Positions 1-10,110 are shown, numbered from the stretch's first letter. The stretch is 64,000 nucleotides of DNA from Promethearchaeota archaeon (GCA_030599585.1 JAUVNS010000003.1:256001-320000), one strand, 5' to 3'. Notes: generated by a model not told the origin, from the sequence alone. A program made the numbers and translations.

Positions 1-3000
1 TTAATTTCATTTAATACTAACTCTGCGCTTCTATAATATTCTAATGCTTTATCGTAATCGGCATGTTTGATATATACTTCAGCTTCGTCAAACAATTCAA
101 AAGCAGCTTCTTTGCGTTTCTCCAAATGTAGTTTAAGGTCTTCTTGCTTCTTAATTTTAATTTGTTTAACTCTCATTTGTTCTTCTTCGTATTTCATGGT
201 ATCAGCAATGGTCTGAAGAAAGTGTTTTTCTTTCTCTTGTTTTCTAATACCATATTCTAATTCTTGTTGTTTGGTTACATTGGCCTCCCGTTTTTTTTCT
301 TGGATTTTTATTATAGTATCTTTTATTATTTCAGTAGGAAACTGAATTTGAATTAAGATCAACTCTGCATCATAATACTTTTCTATAGATTCCTCATACT
401 TCCCTTCTTTTAATAGTTGTTCTGCTTTGTCCATTATGGAAAAAGCTTCCAGCTTTTTTGTCTCCATCAATTTTTTCAGATCTTCTCTTTTAAGAAGCTC
501 GATCTTCTTTGATAGCATTTTTTCCCTTTCTTTTTGAAAACTTTCTGTCACTTTTCTCTCAAATACTCTTTCTTCCTCTACTTGTTTTCGTAGTTTTTCT
601 TTTTCGAGTAATTTTTGGCGCTCTTTTTCGTCTCTTTTAAATTGCAGATTTCGACTTGACTCTTCTAATAATGAAATGTAGTTTCCCGTCCACCCTAACT
701 GTTTAAGTAAATTGAGTGCATTTTGATAAGCTTCAATGGCTTTATCATAATTCTCTTGTGCTAAAAAGATATCAGCGTCTTCAATGATCTTGAACGCTTC
801 TTGTTGTTTTAAAATACTCTGGGAGCTCAATTCCTTTTTTGTTTCTAAAATTGCCCTTTTTTTTTCGATTAATCTTTTTTCTCTTTCTCTTCGGATTTTA
901 AGATTATTAAGAAATTGCCTGTGTTCGGCATCTTCTTTGATTAATTGCTCGAACTCCCTTTGTTTCCTAATTTCTATTTCCTTCTTTTCGTTTTCGATTT
1001 TGTTAATCGTCTGGTTAATAAACACAATTTCTTCGATCCATTGAATTTGAGCGAAAATTTGATTTACATTTCTATAACTTTCAACTGCTAAATCGAATTC
1101 TCCTAATGAAAGATAATTTTGAGCTTCATCCAGGACTTTAAACGCTTCTTCCTTTTGTCTCTCTCTAAAATTAATTTCATTTTCGCGTTCTTTCTTGACT
1201 ATCTCTCTTTCTTCTAGTTTTTTTCTCTTACCTTTCATCTCTTTGATGATTTTTTCTTGAAATCCTCTATCCTCTCTTTCTTTGCTAATAAGAATTTCCA
1301 TATCTCTTTGTTTTTTGAGATAAGCATCCCGTTTTTTATTTTCGATCTCGATTATTGCATTCCCTACTCTTTCCATTTCACCATACCATTGAATTTCAGC
1401 AAAAATACCAGTTACCTGCTGGTAGAATTCAATCACTTTATCAAAATCGCCTTTCTCTAGATAGACTTGAGCATCTTCCAATATCTTAAAAGCCTCCATT
1501 TTTCTCTTCTCTCGATGTATCAATTCCGCTTTTTGATCTCTTAACAAGATTTTTTTGTCTTTTAATCTCTCTTTTTCTAATTGGAGCTGTTTTGATATCT
1601 GTTCCTGAAACTGTTGTTCAACCTTAAATTGCTCTATAGATTTCATCAAATCTTTTTGTTTTGTTAACAATTGTTCTCTTTTCCTATTTTCTAATTCTCT
1701 TATAGAATTTTCAATTAAATGTAATTCATCGTTCCATTGTATGCTTGCGAAGATATTTCCCGCTTCCTGATAAGCAGCTATTGCGTTATCTAACTCAGAT
1801 TTTCTTACGAAATTATCTGCTTCATCTAAAGCTTTATACGCGTCAAGTTTACGAGTTTCGCGTTCTTCTAATTCTTCTCTTTTTTCTTGTAGAACGACTT
1901 CTCTCTGCCTTATTTTTTCTCTTTCCTTTGCTAACTCTATTGATGTGAGCTGCTGAAACTCTATATCACTTTTTCTGCGTTGGTTTAATTTAGTTTGGTG
2001 TTCTAAATCTTTGTCAATTTTGTTTTCTTCTAACTTTTTAATACTTAAAATAGTCTCTTCAATTGTAGGAGCATGAGATTCCCAATCTGTCCCTAATTCC
2101 TTTAGATATCCTAATGCTTCCGTGTACCTATTAATAGCTTTGTTATAATCAGATTCTTCCCGTAGTATTCTATCAGCATCGGTTAAAATTGTAAACAACT
2201 TCTCTTCTTTCCTCAAATTTTCTTTTCTTTTTTGTTCGTATTCTAATCTTAACTTGTCCAGTTCTCTTGCGTTTTCAATAATTTCATCTTTTTCCTTAAA
2301 ATATATCGTATCTTGTAGGAGTTTTAGCTGGCTCTCCCGTTTTTGCCTCAAAATATTCTCTTCTTCTTTATTCGCCTGCTTAATTTCTATATTTTTAATA
2401 AAGTTGATAACTGGTTGAATGTAAGAATCCCATTCAATGGATTTAAACAATTCAATTGCTTTCTGAAATTTATTAACCGCTTGATCGTATTTCTTCTCTC
2501 TTTCCAATTTTTTACCAAAGTCCACTAAATTAAATGCTTCAATTTGTATTTTTTCTTCATCTCTATAGATATCTGTTCTTACCTCTTCGTACTCATCAGT
2601 TTGTTCTTTAGTAAATATTGGTTCTATTCGCTTTTGAGATCTAAATTGCTCAAACTCTTTTTTATCATTTTTTAATTTTTCAATAATTATGTTAATACTC
2701 TTAGTTTGGTCGTGCCATCCTATAGAATTCAATAAATTTTCGGCATTTTCGTAATTCTCAATTGCTTTATCGAAATTTCTATCGGATTCAAAAAATTTTG
2801 CATTATCGATAAACTCAAACGCATCCTTTTGTATTTCCTCCTCTCGCTGTTTCATAGCTTTAAATTTCTTTAATTCTTCTGCTTTTGCTGCACTTTTTTT
2901 AACGCCAAATGCGCTAACAACTTGTGGTTCGATTTCTTGACGAATATTAACTTGTTCTTGACCTTCCCCAATCTTGGTTTCAGTCACTGATTTATGGTGT

Positions 3001-3425
3001 TTTAACTTTTCTGATAATGTTATAAGTTTGCTTTGCAAATTACTTAATTGGGCTTCAGACCAACCTGTTTGAATTAGTAATTTGATTGCTGTATCATATT
3101 GCTCAATTGCATCTCCCAAAAATCCGTCTGTTTCTAATTTTTGAGCTCCATCCAACAAAGAAAAAGCTTGGTCTTGTAATTGCTCAAGTTGATTTTTCGC
3201 TTTCGCTTGATCATATATTATCTCTTGTTTTGCTAAATCTTTTAACTCTTCGATCCTGGAATAAATATCACTTATCTTATCCATCATAAAGCCGCTATTT
3301 TTAAGATAACTTGCTGCTAACTCATAACTCTCCACAGCTTTTTCTAAATTTTTTTCATTCTCAAATTTTTGAGCTAAATTAAGATACTTTAAAGCTTCTT
3401 GAGCAAGTTCTTCATTTCCCAACAT
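1..3425 (-). CDS. Giant alpha-helical repeat protein (>=1141 aa, C-terminus off-window): at least 11 MIT/TPR-like helical modules joined by E/K/R-rich helical linkers
   Basis: Absent from the ORF track because there is no stop in the window. Manual translation from ATG at 3425 (MLGNEELAQEALKYLNLAQKFENEKNLEKAVESYELAASYL...) stays open to the window edge. Repeated motif AFxxLxxAxxxxxxxxYxxAxxxYxxAxxIFxxIxW. Confidence 0.9.
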   Translation of the reverse strand, partial: MLGNEELAQEALKYLNLAQKFENEKNLEKAVESYELAASYLKNSGFMMDKISDIYSRIEELKDLAKQEIIYDQAKAKNQLEQLQDQAFSLLDGAQKLETDGFLGDAIEQYDTAIKLLIQTGWSEAQLSNLQSKLITLSEKLKHHKSVTETKIGEGQEQVNIRQEIEPQVVSAFGVKKSAAKAEELKKFKAMKQREEEIQKDAFEFIDNAKFFESDRNFDKAIENYENAENLLNSIGWHDQTKSINIIIEKLKNDKKEFEQFRSQKRIEPIFTKEQTDEYEEVRTDIYRDEEKIQIEAFNLVDFGKKLEREKKYDQAVNKFQKAIELFKSIEWDSYIQPVINFIKNIEIKQANKEEENILRQKRESQLKLLQDTIYFKEKDEIIENARELDKLRLEYEQKRKENLRKEEKLFTILTDADRILREESDYNKAINRYTEALGYLKELGTDWESHAPTIEETILSIKKLEENKIDKDLEHQTKLNQRRKSDIEFQQLTSIELAKEREKIRQREVVLQEKREELEERETRKLDAYKALDEADNFVRKSELDNAIAAYQEAGNIFASIQWNDELHLIENSIRELENRKREQLLTKQKDLMKSIEQFKVEQQFQEQISKQLQLEKERLKDKKILLRDQKAELIHREKRKMEAFKILEDAQVYLEKGDFDKVIEFYQQVTGIFAEIQWYGEMERVGNAIIEIENKKRDAYLKKQRDMEILISKEREDRGFQEKIIKEMKGKRKKLEEREIVKKERENEINFRERQKEEAFKVLDEAQNYLSLGEFDLAVESYRNVNQIFAQIQWIEEIVFINQTINKIENEKKEIEIRKQREFEQLIKEDAEHRQFLNNLKIRREREKRLIEKKRAILETKKELSSQSILKQQEAFKIIEDADIFLAQENYDKAIEAYQNALNLLKQLGWTGNYISLLEESSRNLQFKRDEKERQKLLEKEKLRKQVEEERVFERKVTESFQKEREKMLSKKIELLKREDLKKLMETKKLEAFSIMDKAEQLLKEGKYEESIEKYYDAELILIQIQFPTEIIKDTIIKIQEKKREANVTKQQELEYGIRKQEKEKHFLQTIADTMKYEEEQMRVKQIKIKKQEDLKLHLEKRKEAAFELFDEAEVYIKHADYDKALEYYRSAELVLNEI

Positions 3426-3606
3426 CTTTATCTAAAACCCTCTTTTAATATTTCTTTAAAAGTATAAGTGAAGCGTGAATTTATTGATTGTTCCTACAAT
3501 AAATTAAACCGATTTATTAATTAAACTTTTTATATTTACATGATTAATTTTATATTAAAAACTAACCTTTAAACTCATTTTCAAAAAATTAAGAAGAGGA
3601 ACATTC

Positions 3607-5571
3607 GTGAAAAGTAAATTTAAGATTACCATCGATATTGAACCGATCTCGAGAAGGCTCTTCTACACCGAAGATGAAACATTATACGAATTACTGATCA
3701 ATTCAGGTATCCATGTGCGGTCCCTTTGTGGTGGTAAGGGAACATGTGGAAAGTGCAAAATACTGGTTCAAGAAGGAATGAATTTTTTAAACACTCCAAC
3801 AAACTCTGAAATGGAATATCTTACGCAGTTGGAGATTAGAGAAAAGTGGCGATTGGCTTGTCAATGTAGAGTAAAAAAAACCCAAATTCAGTCAATTAAA
3901 ACTCATCAACCGCCCCAGATAAGGATATTTCTTCCTAAAGATTTACTATCAGAAGATTTTAAGATATTAACTTCGGGAAAATCTAAAATAATAAACCTTA
4001 ACCCGAACGTAAAGAAAATTTATGTTGAAATTAATAAACCAAATTTAGAAAACCCAGTTCCAGATATTGAAAGAATTATATCCTCACTTTCGTCAATCAA
4101 GGATAATAAAGGGATTTATAGCGATCTCTCGTTTGAAGTCGACACTATAAGAAAAATACCCCTAATTTTAAGAGAAGACCAACATCGTATTTCGTTAACA
4201 GTATACAATAATAAAGAGGTAATAGATTGCGAAGCAGGTAATAAAACCGAAGATTGTTTCGGAATCGCATTTGACATTGGAACTACAACTATTGTTGGGT
4301 ATTTAATCAATTTGCACAATGGAAAAATATATTCAATTGCATCAGCTCTTAATCCACAGACAGCCTACGGAGAAGATGTTATTTCGCGTATAACATACAT
4401 TAAAGACAATCCCGCAGGGCTTGGAAAATTAAATTCTATTCTGATAGAATCTTTGAACTCAATAATAAAAGAAACTAGTGCTATTGCTAAAGTCTTAACT
4501 AGTCAAATATATGAGGCAACAATCGTGGGAAATTCGGTTATGCATCACATATTCCTCAATATAAATCCTACATATATTGGTTTAAGTCCTTATGTGCCTG
4601 CACTGAAGAGTGACTTAAACGTGAAGGCTAAAGATGTAAACCTTGAGATTTCAAAAAGCGGTTATGTTTATGTATTACCGGTAATTGCTGGATTCGTTGG
4701 AGCTGATACAATGGGTGTAATTATTTCATCAGAGATTGATAAAGAACAAGAATTAACATTAGCAATTGATGTTGGAACTAATGGTGAATTGGTTATTGGT
4801 AATAAGGATACTCTTTTTACAGGATCTTGTGCAGCAGGATCAGCCTTAGAAGGTGCTCACATTCAACACGGCATGCGAGCTGCAGCAGGAGCTATTGACA
4901 CCCTAAAAATTGATCCGGGTGATTTTAGTGTTGAATACACCACGATTAATAACAATAAACCAATAGGCTTCTGTGGTTCTGGTATTATTGATGCAGTAGC
5001 CGAAATGTTAAGAGCAAAACTGCTTACCAGAAGCGGTAACTTTAATAAAGAATTCATAGACAACGAGCGTATAATAAAAGAAGAAAAAAACCTTAAATTT
5101 ATCTTAGTAAATAAAGATGACACCCCAATTAAGAGACACATAACGATTTCACAGAATGATGTTAGAGAATTACAAATGGCAAAAGGGGCGTTCTTCTCTG
5201 GAGCTCGCTTGATTTTAAACCACTTAAATCGTGTAAACAATTCTGACCTAAAAATTCAACAAATTCTTCTAGCGGGAGCGTTTGGAAATTACATCAACAA
5301 AAATAACGCGAAATTTATTGGGATGATTCCCGATATACCCGACGATAAGCTATTTCAAATTGGAAACGCAGCAGGAGTCGGAGCGCAAAATTGTTTATTA
5401 AACGTAGATTTAAGAAAAAAAGCTCGAAAATTACAGGAAAAAATACATTACGTTGAAATTGCAGTTGAAAAAGATTTCCAAAAAGAATTTGCTTCAGCGA
5501 TGTATTTTCCTCATTTAAACTTGAATCTATTTCCAAGTCTTAAAGAGTATGCACATATCCCAAAAAGGTAA
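3607..5571 (+). CDS. ASKHA-domain (DUF4445) protein with N-terminal 2Fe-2S ferredoxin; RACo/AcsV-type reductive activator of corrinoid proteins
   Basis: CGGKGTCGKC...LAC 2Fe-2S motif; DIGTTT, NPQxxYGEDVISRI, GFVGAD, DVGTNGE, AGAFG and GNAAG motifs. Confidence 0.92.
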   Translation: MKSKFKITIDIEPISRRLFYTEDETLYELLINSGIHVRSLCGGKGTCGKCKILVQEGMNFLNTPTNSEMEYLTQLEIREKWRLACQCRVKKTQIQSIKTHQPPQIRIFLPKDLLSEDFKILTSGKSKIINLNPNVKKIYVEINKPNLENPVPDIERIISSLSSIKDNKGIYSDLSFEVDTIRKIPLILREDQHRISLTVYNNKEVIDCEAGNKTEDCFGIAFDIGTTTIVGYLINLHNGKIYSIASALNPQTAYGEDVISRITYIKDNPAGLGKLNSILIESLNSIIKETSAIAKVLTSQIYEATIVGNSVMHHIFLNINPTYIGLSPYVPALKSDLNVKAKDVNLEISKSGYVYVLPVIAGFVGADTMGVIISSEIDKEQELTLAIDVGTNGELVIGNKDTLFTGSCAAGSALEGAHIQHGMRAAAGAIDTLKIDPGDFSVEYTTINNNKPIGFCGSGIIDAVAEMLRAKLLTRSGNFNKEFIDNERIIKEEKNLKFILVNKDDTPIKRHITISQNDVRELQMAKGAFFSGARLILNHLNRVNNSDLKIQQILLAGAFGNYINKNNAKFIGMIPDIPDDKLFQIGNAAGVGAQNCLLNVDLRKKARKLQEKIHYVEIAVEKDFQKEFASAMYFPHLNLNLFPSLKEYAHIPKR

Positions 5572-5873
5572 ATCCCTTAATAATTATTAGATGGCTCTTT
5601 TAGAACGAGAAATTGCTCCGATTTTGACTCGGAAAATATTTAAATTTGTAAGATTAATTTTAAAGACCAGAAACGTTTAATATGTTATATATATTCTACG
5701 AAAAGAGTATAAAAGTATTTAAGATATAAATATATAAAATTTTTATCAGAAATAGTATTAATATTATTAATTAAAAAGAATTAAATAAATAGAATTTAAT
5801 AATAAAGATAATAAATTATATTCAATTAATTTTTGTAATAATTTAATTACAATCTTCAAGGTAGAGGTCTTTT

Positions 5874-6401
5874 ATGTCAATTTTTAAATTAAAAGTTTTA
5901 CTTACGGGTGCTGCTGCTGTTGGAAAGACGAGTCTTGTTCAGAGATTTATCAAAAACCGATTTGCGGCGAACTACAAATTAACAGTCGGAGTAGATATTC
6001 TCACCAAAGATGTTGAGTTTAGGCAAGGCGAAGTAGCGACATTGTCGATTTGGGATATTGGCGGACAGCAACGATTCGAATTTATCCGTTCAACATTCTA
6101 CAAGGGAGCTGCTGGCGCACTATTAGTGTTTGATTTAACAAGAGAACAAACTTACATCGAAACAAGGAAATGGCTAACGGAAATACGGCAATTTAGCAAC
6201 CAAAACATCCCATTTGTATTAATCGGGAATAAAGTAGATTTAGTTGAAGATGTCGGAGAAGTAATAGATAGAGAAGAAGCTCGGGCTTTTGCTGAGGGTG
6301 AAGGAAGCATTTACATTGAGACATCCGCAAAAACAGGTATTAATGTTGACGACGCCTTTACTGAACTTACACGTAGAATTGTTGAGTCAAGAACTCAATA
6401 A
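5874..6401 (+). CDS. Rab-like small GTPase (Ras superfamily)
   Basis: G1 GAAAVGKTS, G2 TVGVD, G3 WDIGGQ, G4 NKVD, G5 ETSAK; RabF-like segments; no C-terminal Cys. Confidence 0.95.
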   Translation: MSIFKLKVLLTGAAAVGKTSLVQRFIKNRFAANYKLTVGVDILTKDVEFRQGEVATLSIWDIGGQQRFEFIRSTFYKGAAGALLVFDLTREQTYIETRKWLTEIRQFSNQNIPFVLIGNKVDLVEDVGEVIDREEARAFAEGEGSIYIETSAKTGINVDDAFTELTRRIVESRTQ

Positions 6402-6466
6402 TCCAAATTTATTCCTTTTTTAGTTCCAAAACATAGATTTTACTACTTTTTATAATATAATTTGTT

Positions 6467-7885
6467 TCATTTTTCTTCAAAAATTTCACATAAATCATCG
6501 TGAATAATTTTGATGGCGTCTTCGATGCTTTCCCTCTTTATGACTAAAGAAAGGTTCATTTCCTCAGTGCTTTGAGTTATAGCTTTTACCCGTACCTTTT
6601 TCTTTTCTAAAGCTTGAAAAATCATCACTTTTGTCAAATTTTCTAAGACCTTAAAACCGGTAACATTTATTATTGCGACTTCTTCAGATTTAATTTCAAA
6701 AAAGTCTGTAAAGTAACCTGCGTTTTTTAACGCTTCTACTGCTCTGATGGAATCTGCTTCTTTTACGATAAATGATGTGCTAATTTCCGAAGCACTTTGA
6801 GCAACTAAGGAAACACTAATTCTATTTTTGCTCATAACTTTAAATATTTTAGCTAAAACGCCAGGTACATCAACTAAACTCCCTGAAGATACAGTTATTA
6901 TTACTGCGTCCTCAACAGTGGAAATACCTTTGATTTCATTTTTATCAGTCACAGCAGATATTGTAGTAAATTCAACTCTCTCAAGAGGTTTGTTGAAATT
7001 TCTCAGTTCAAGTGGAATCTTTTCATTTTCAATTGCTTCAAGACATTTCGGGTGGAGTATTTTTGCGCCAAAATTCGCTATGTGTTTTGCTTCTTTGTAG
7101 TCTAAATGTTTTATGAGCATTGATTTTGAGACATATTTTGGATTTATGGCTAGCAAACCGTCTACATCTTTCCATAAAATTACTTTTATGTTCTTATCGT
7201 TCGCAACTTCGTATATCGAATGTGCAAGAATAGTTGCGGTATAATCCGAGCCCCCTCTCCCGAAAGTGGTTGTGTATCCAATTTTATTTCTCCCTATGAA
7301 ACCAGTAATAGAGATTATTATATCTTTTTTAGTGTTCTCTAGTAAAGGAATTATTAATTTTTTTACACGTACATTAGTAAATTCGTAGAAAGGATACGCG
7401 TTGTTAAACTCATCATTTGTTATAATCACTTTGTTTGCGGGAATGTAAACCGATTCTAACCCTTTACTTAAGATATATTGGTTCAGGATGTATGTAGATA
7501 AAACCTCGCCAAAGCTCAGGACATAATCTTTGTAATACGGTTCTAATCCGAACTCTTTAATATCTTCTAAAGTGTCTTCCAATTCACTAAGTCTTTTATC
7601 AACCCAAACTTTCGCTTTAACATAATGCTCAGTATCTTCGTCGAATATTTGTTCAATAGTATTAATATGTTTACTCTCCAAGATAGCAATATTATCATCA
7701 AGAATTTTTGAATTGGAAACATTCAGTGCTGTATTCAATAACAAATCCGTTATTCCATTGAATGCTGAAGCCACAATTATTTTTTTGTCATTCTTATAAA
7801 TGTCTAGTATTTCGAGAATTTTCTTGAAAGCATTCTTATCAATTAAACAGCTTCCACCAAATTTCATAATAACAATTGGAGTCAT
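6467..7885 (-). CDS. lysC: Aspartate kinase with C-terminal ACT domains
   Basis: MKFGGS, VASAFNGITD, TTFGRGGSDYTA, WKDVDG, FGAKILHP; ACT repeats (PGVLAKIF, QSASEIS). Confidence 0.93.
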   Translation of the reverse strand: MTPIVIMKFGGSCLIDKNAFKKILEILDIYKNDKKIIVASAFNGITDLLLNTALNVSNSKILDDNIAILESKHINTIEQIFDEDTEHYVKAKVWVDKRLSELEDTLEDIKEFGLEPYYKDYVLSFGEVLSTYILNQYILSKGLESVYIPANKVIITNDEFNNAYPFYEFTNVRVKKLIIPLLENTKKDIIISITGFIGRNKIGYTTTFGRGGSDYTATILAHSIYEVANDKNIKVILWKDVDGLLAINPKYVSKSMLIKHLDYKEAKHIANFGAKILHPKCLEAIENEKIPLELRNFNKPLERVEFTTISAVTDKNEIKGISTVEDAVIITVSSGSLVDVPGVLAKIFKVMSKNRISVSLVAQSASEISTSFIVKEADSIRAVEALKNAGYFTDFFEIKSEEVAIINVTGFKVLENLTKVMIFQALEKKKVRVKAITQSTEEMNLSLVIKRESIEDAIKIIHDDLCEIFEEK

Positions 7886-8053
7886 AATATACGCTCATAC
7901 AATTTTATATTTGAATAATATAACTTTTTTAAATATAAAAAGAAAAAAAGTCTTATTAGTATGTTGGATTTAAGGTTCTTTATTTGAAGAATTTTTATTA
8001 AAATTCTAAAAATCTTCAAAATAAGTTAGAAAAATAAGAAATTTCAGATAAAA

Positions 8054-10105
8054 TTATCTTCCCAGTAATTTTTCAGTTTCTTTAATTTGTTCATTAATAT
8101 TTTTTTCAATCGTAGATAACTTATTCTTCTTTTCCTCAAGTTCATCTCCAGTAATTTCCCCTGTAAGTTCCTTCATGTCAAAATCTAACGACATTTTGGT
8201 AATGCTCGCTTTCTTTATTTTTAGATCCATCAAAGATTTTTCTAAACCTGCCTTTTGCGCTGCCTCGCTTACTACGGCTTTTGTTGGCACATCAGCTGTA
8301 GTTTCATGGGGCGCAACATCAGGTTGAGTCTTTACTATAGATTCTTTAGGAGGTTTGGGAGGTGTTACTTTTGGTGGAGGTTTAATTAAAGTGGTGGGGT
8401 TCACGGGCATAGGAGGTGGAATGGGTTCTTTTTGTATATCTGACGTCTTAGGTGTTGGAATTTTAGGCGTTTTCTGAATTTTGGGTGGGGTGTTCTTCAC
8501 AGGTGGTACGAATCCCGAAGGCATTTTTTTACTTACTAATTCTGTTGGTGAAATTGGTACGGGTTTTTTTGATACTGTAGGATTAGAGACGTGAGCGAAT
8601 GGTGATGTCTTCAGTTTATTTTTAGCATCTTTAGGTACTACTGTTACACTTTTTGGCCTTTGTTTCACCATAAAATCTGCGGGGTTTAAATTCAATCCTA
8701 CAGCTGGTTTATCGATTTTAGGCTGAATAAGCATCTCAGGTTCATTTAGTTTTGTGATTACTGTTTTTTTTTCTTCTATTGGTTTTGCAGGTTCTTTCAA
8801 TTCTGATTTTTTCTCAGCTACTTCTACTTTTTTAGGAATAAATTGTGAAGTGGCAGCAGGTATTTTTGGCTTCACTAACCCCTCAACTTTAGGGCTATCT
8901 GGTAAATCAGATTTTTTAAGTTTCGGTGGAGCTTCTATTGGTTTAGGAGGTGCTTCTATCGTTTTCGGTGGAGTTCCTGGTGGTTTAGGAGGTGCTTCTA
9001 TCGGTTTCGGTGGAGTTCCTGGTGGTTTAGGCGGTTCTTGAACTGGTTTTGTTTGAGGTGTTCTAGCTGCTTGAATCATGACCTTAATTTTTTGTGATTT
9101 TTCATAAAATTCCTTCCCAAGGGAATCATCTCCTAATTCAATGCATAGATCGCTTATTTGCTCAAAGTACATTGCAGCTTCCTCAAAATTTGTATTTTCT
9201 AAAGCTTTAACAGCTTTTTCTGTTAAAATATCTCTCTCTAACAATGGCTTCAATAGAGGAGAAACTTCTGCGCTCATTTCAAGTATATCAGCAATGATAG
9301 TTATCATTTTATCTCGATTTCCTGAATCCTTTGCAACCATAGAATATGTTTTTAATCCTAATATCTTCTCTATTTGTTCTGGTTTTAAAGCATCGTCTAA
9401 ATCTTGTTTATTACCAATTACGGATGTATGTGCTTGAGCGGCTTGCTCTTTTATGAGTTCTAGGAAGAATTTACTTTTTTCTATATTTTCTAAGGTAGAA
9501 TCTGTTATCAATAAAACAGCATCGCTTCCTTTAATGAAATTATTCCACAAATAGCTGAACTGTTCTTGTCCAGCAAAATCCCACAAATGAAAATGTAGTT
9601 TTCCTATTTTGATTGTAGCGATGTCACCCGTTATGGTAGGAATGTGTTCCATAGGAATTTCTTCAGCTTTGATTAGACGAGTTATTGTAGTTTTCCCTAC
9701 GCCAGAAAATCCTACTAACGATATCTTTGGTCTTAAATTCCTATGAATTGAATCGATTGTAGGGTCAAAAATCTCGAAGGTTTTCTCGTCAAACTTGTGT
9801 TGGAGTATGTCTTCAAATAAATTCAGAAACTCTTTTTTACATTTTATTAATTCTTTTTTAATATTCTCGAAATTATCTGTTAATCCAGTAACAAATAAAA
9901 ACATTAACTCTAAATCTTTTTCCGTAATGTACGATATTCTATATTTGTAATAATCGTGAAATTCTACATTCTTACCTCCTTTGGCGAAAGCATCTTGCAT
10001 TAAATCACTTACTAATGATTCAAAAGCTGCTTTCTTAAGTGCTTTTCCAAAATGACGATAATAGAGTAGTTTACCGCCTCTATAAATGTAAACTTGCCTT
10101 AGAAT
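8054..10105 (-). CDS. Longin-domain / Arf-like small GTPase / helical bundle / proline-rich / C-terminal coiled-coil fusion protein (~683 aa; probable ATT start upstream of the track start at 10000)
   Basis: Frame is open from 10108/10105 (ATT ATT CTA AGG CAA..., LRQVYIYRGGKLLYYRHFG, the first longin beta-hairpin), bounded by an in-frame TGA at 10114-10112 and preceded by AAGGTGAG. GTPase motifs GFSGVGKTT, PTI, WDFAGQ, NKQDL; PPK repeats; C-terminal heptads. Confidence 0.88.
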   Translation of the reverse strand: MLRQVYIYRGGKLLYYRHFGKALKKAAFESLVSDLMQDAFAKGGKNVEFHDYYKYRISYITEKDLELMFLFVTGLTDNFENIKKELIKCKKEFLNLFEDILQHKFDEKTFEIFDPTIDSIHRNLRPKISLVGFSGVGKTTITRLIKAEEIPMEHIPTITGDIATIKIGKLHFHLWDFAGQEQFSYLWNNFIKGSDAVLLITDSTLENIEKSKFFLELIKEQAAQAHTSVIGNKQDLDDALKPEQIEKILGLKTYSMVAKDSGNRDKMITIIADILEMSAEVSPLLKPLLERDILTEKAVKALENTNFEEAAMYFEQISDLCIELGDDSLGKEFYEKSQKIKVMIQAARTPQTKPVQEPPKPPGTPPKPIEAPPKPPGTPPKTIEAPPKPIEAPPKLKKSDLPDSPKVEGLVKPKIPAATSQFIPKKVEVAEKKSELKEPAKPIEEKKTVITKLNEPEMLIQPKIDKPAVGLNLNPADFMVKQRPKSVTVVPKDAKNKLKTSPFAHVSNPTVSKKPVPISPTELVSKKMPSGFVPPVKNTPPKIQKTPKIPTPKTSDIQKEPIPPPMPVNPTTLIKPPPKVTPPKPPKESIVKTQPDVAPHETTADVPTKAVVSEAAQKAGLEKSLMDLKIKKASITKMSLDFDMKELTGEITGDELEEKKNKLSTIEKNINEQIKETEKLLGR
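8921..9036. repeat. Coding tandem repeat of 21-bp units with a 42-bp higher-order repeat, encoding PPKPPGT/PPKPIEA
   Basis: tttcggtggagttcctggtggtttagg occurs twice and ggtttaggaggtgcttctatcg twice; translation EPPKPPGTPPKPIEAPPKPPGTPPKTIEAPPKPIEAPPK. Confidence 0.9.
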
Positions 10106-10110
10106 AATTT

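Noticed and set aside
784-3289. Five short + strand ORFs (784, 1257, 1745, 2343, 3086)
   Set aside because: Antisense shadows of the giant minus-strand gene; their F/L/S-rich composition mirrors its E/K-rich codons
7978-8025. Imperfect inverted repeat downstream of the GTPase fusion gene
   Set aside because: Almost all A/T; a plausible terminator or operator but not distinguishable from background
8754-9041. Gly-rich + strand ORF (GGVPGGLGG repeats)
   Set aside because: Reverse complement of the proline-rich repeat, with no independent support
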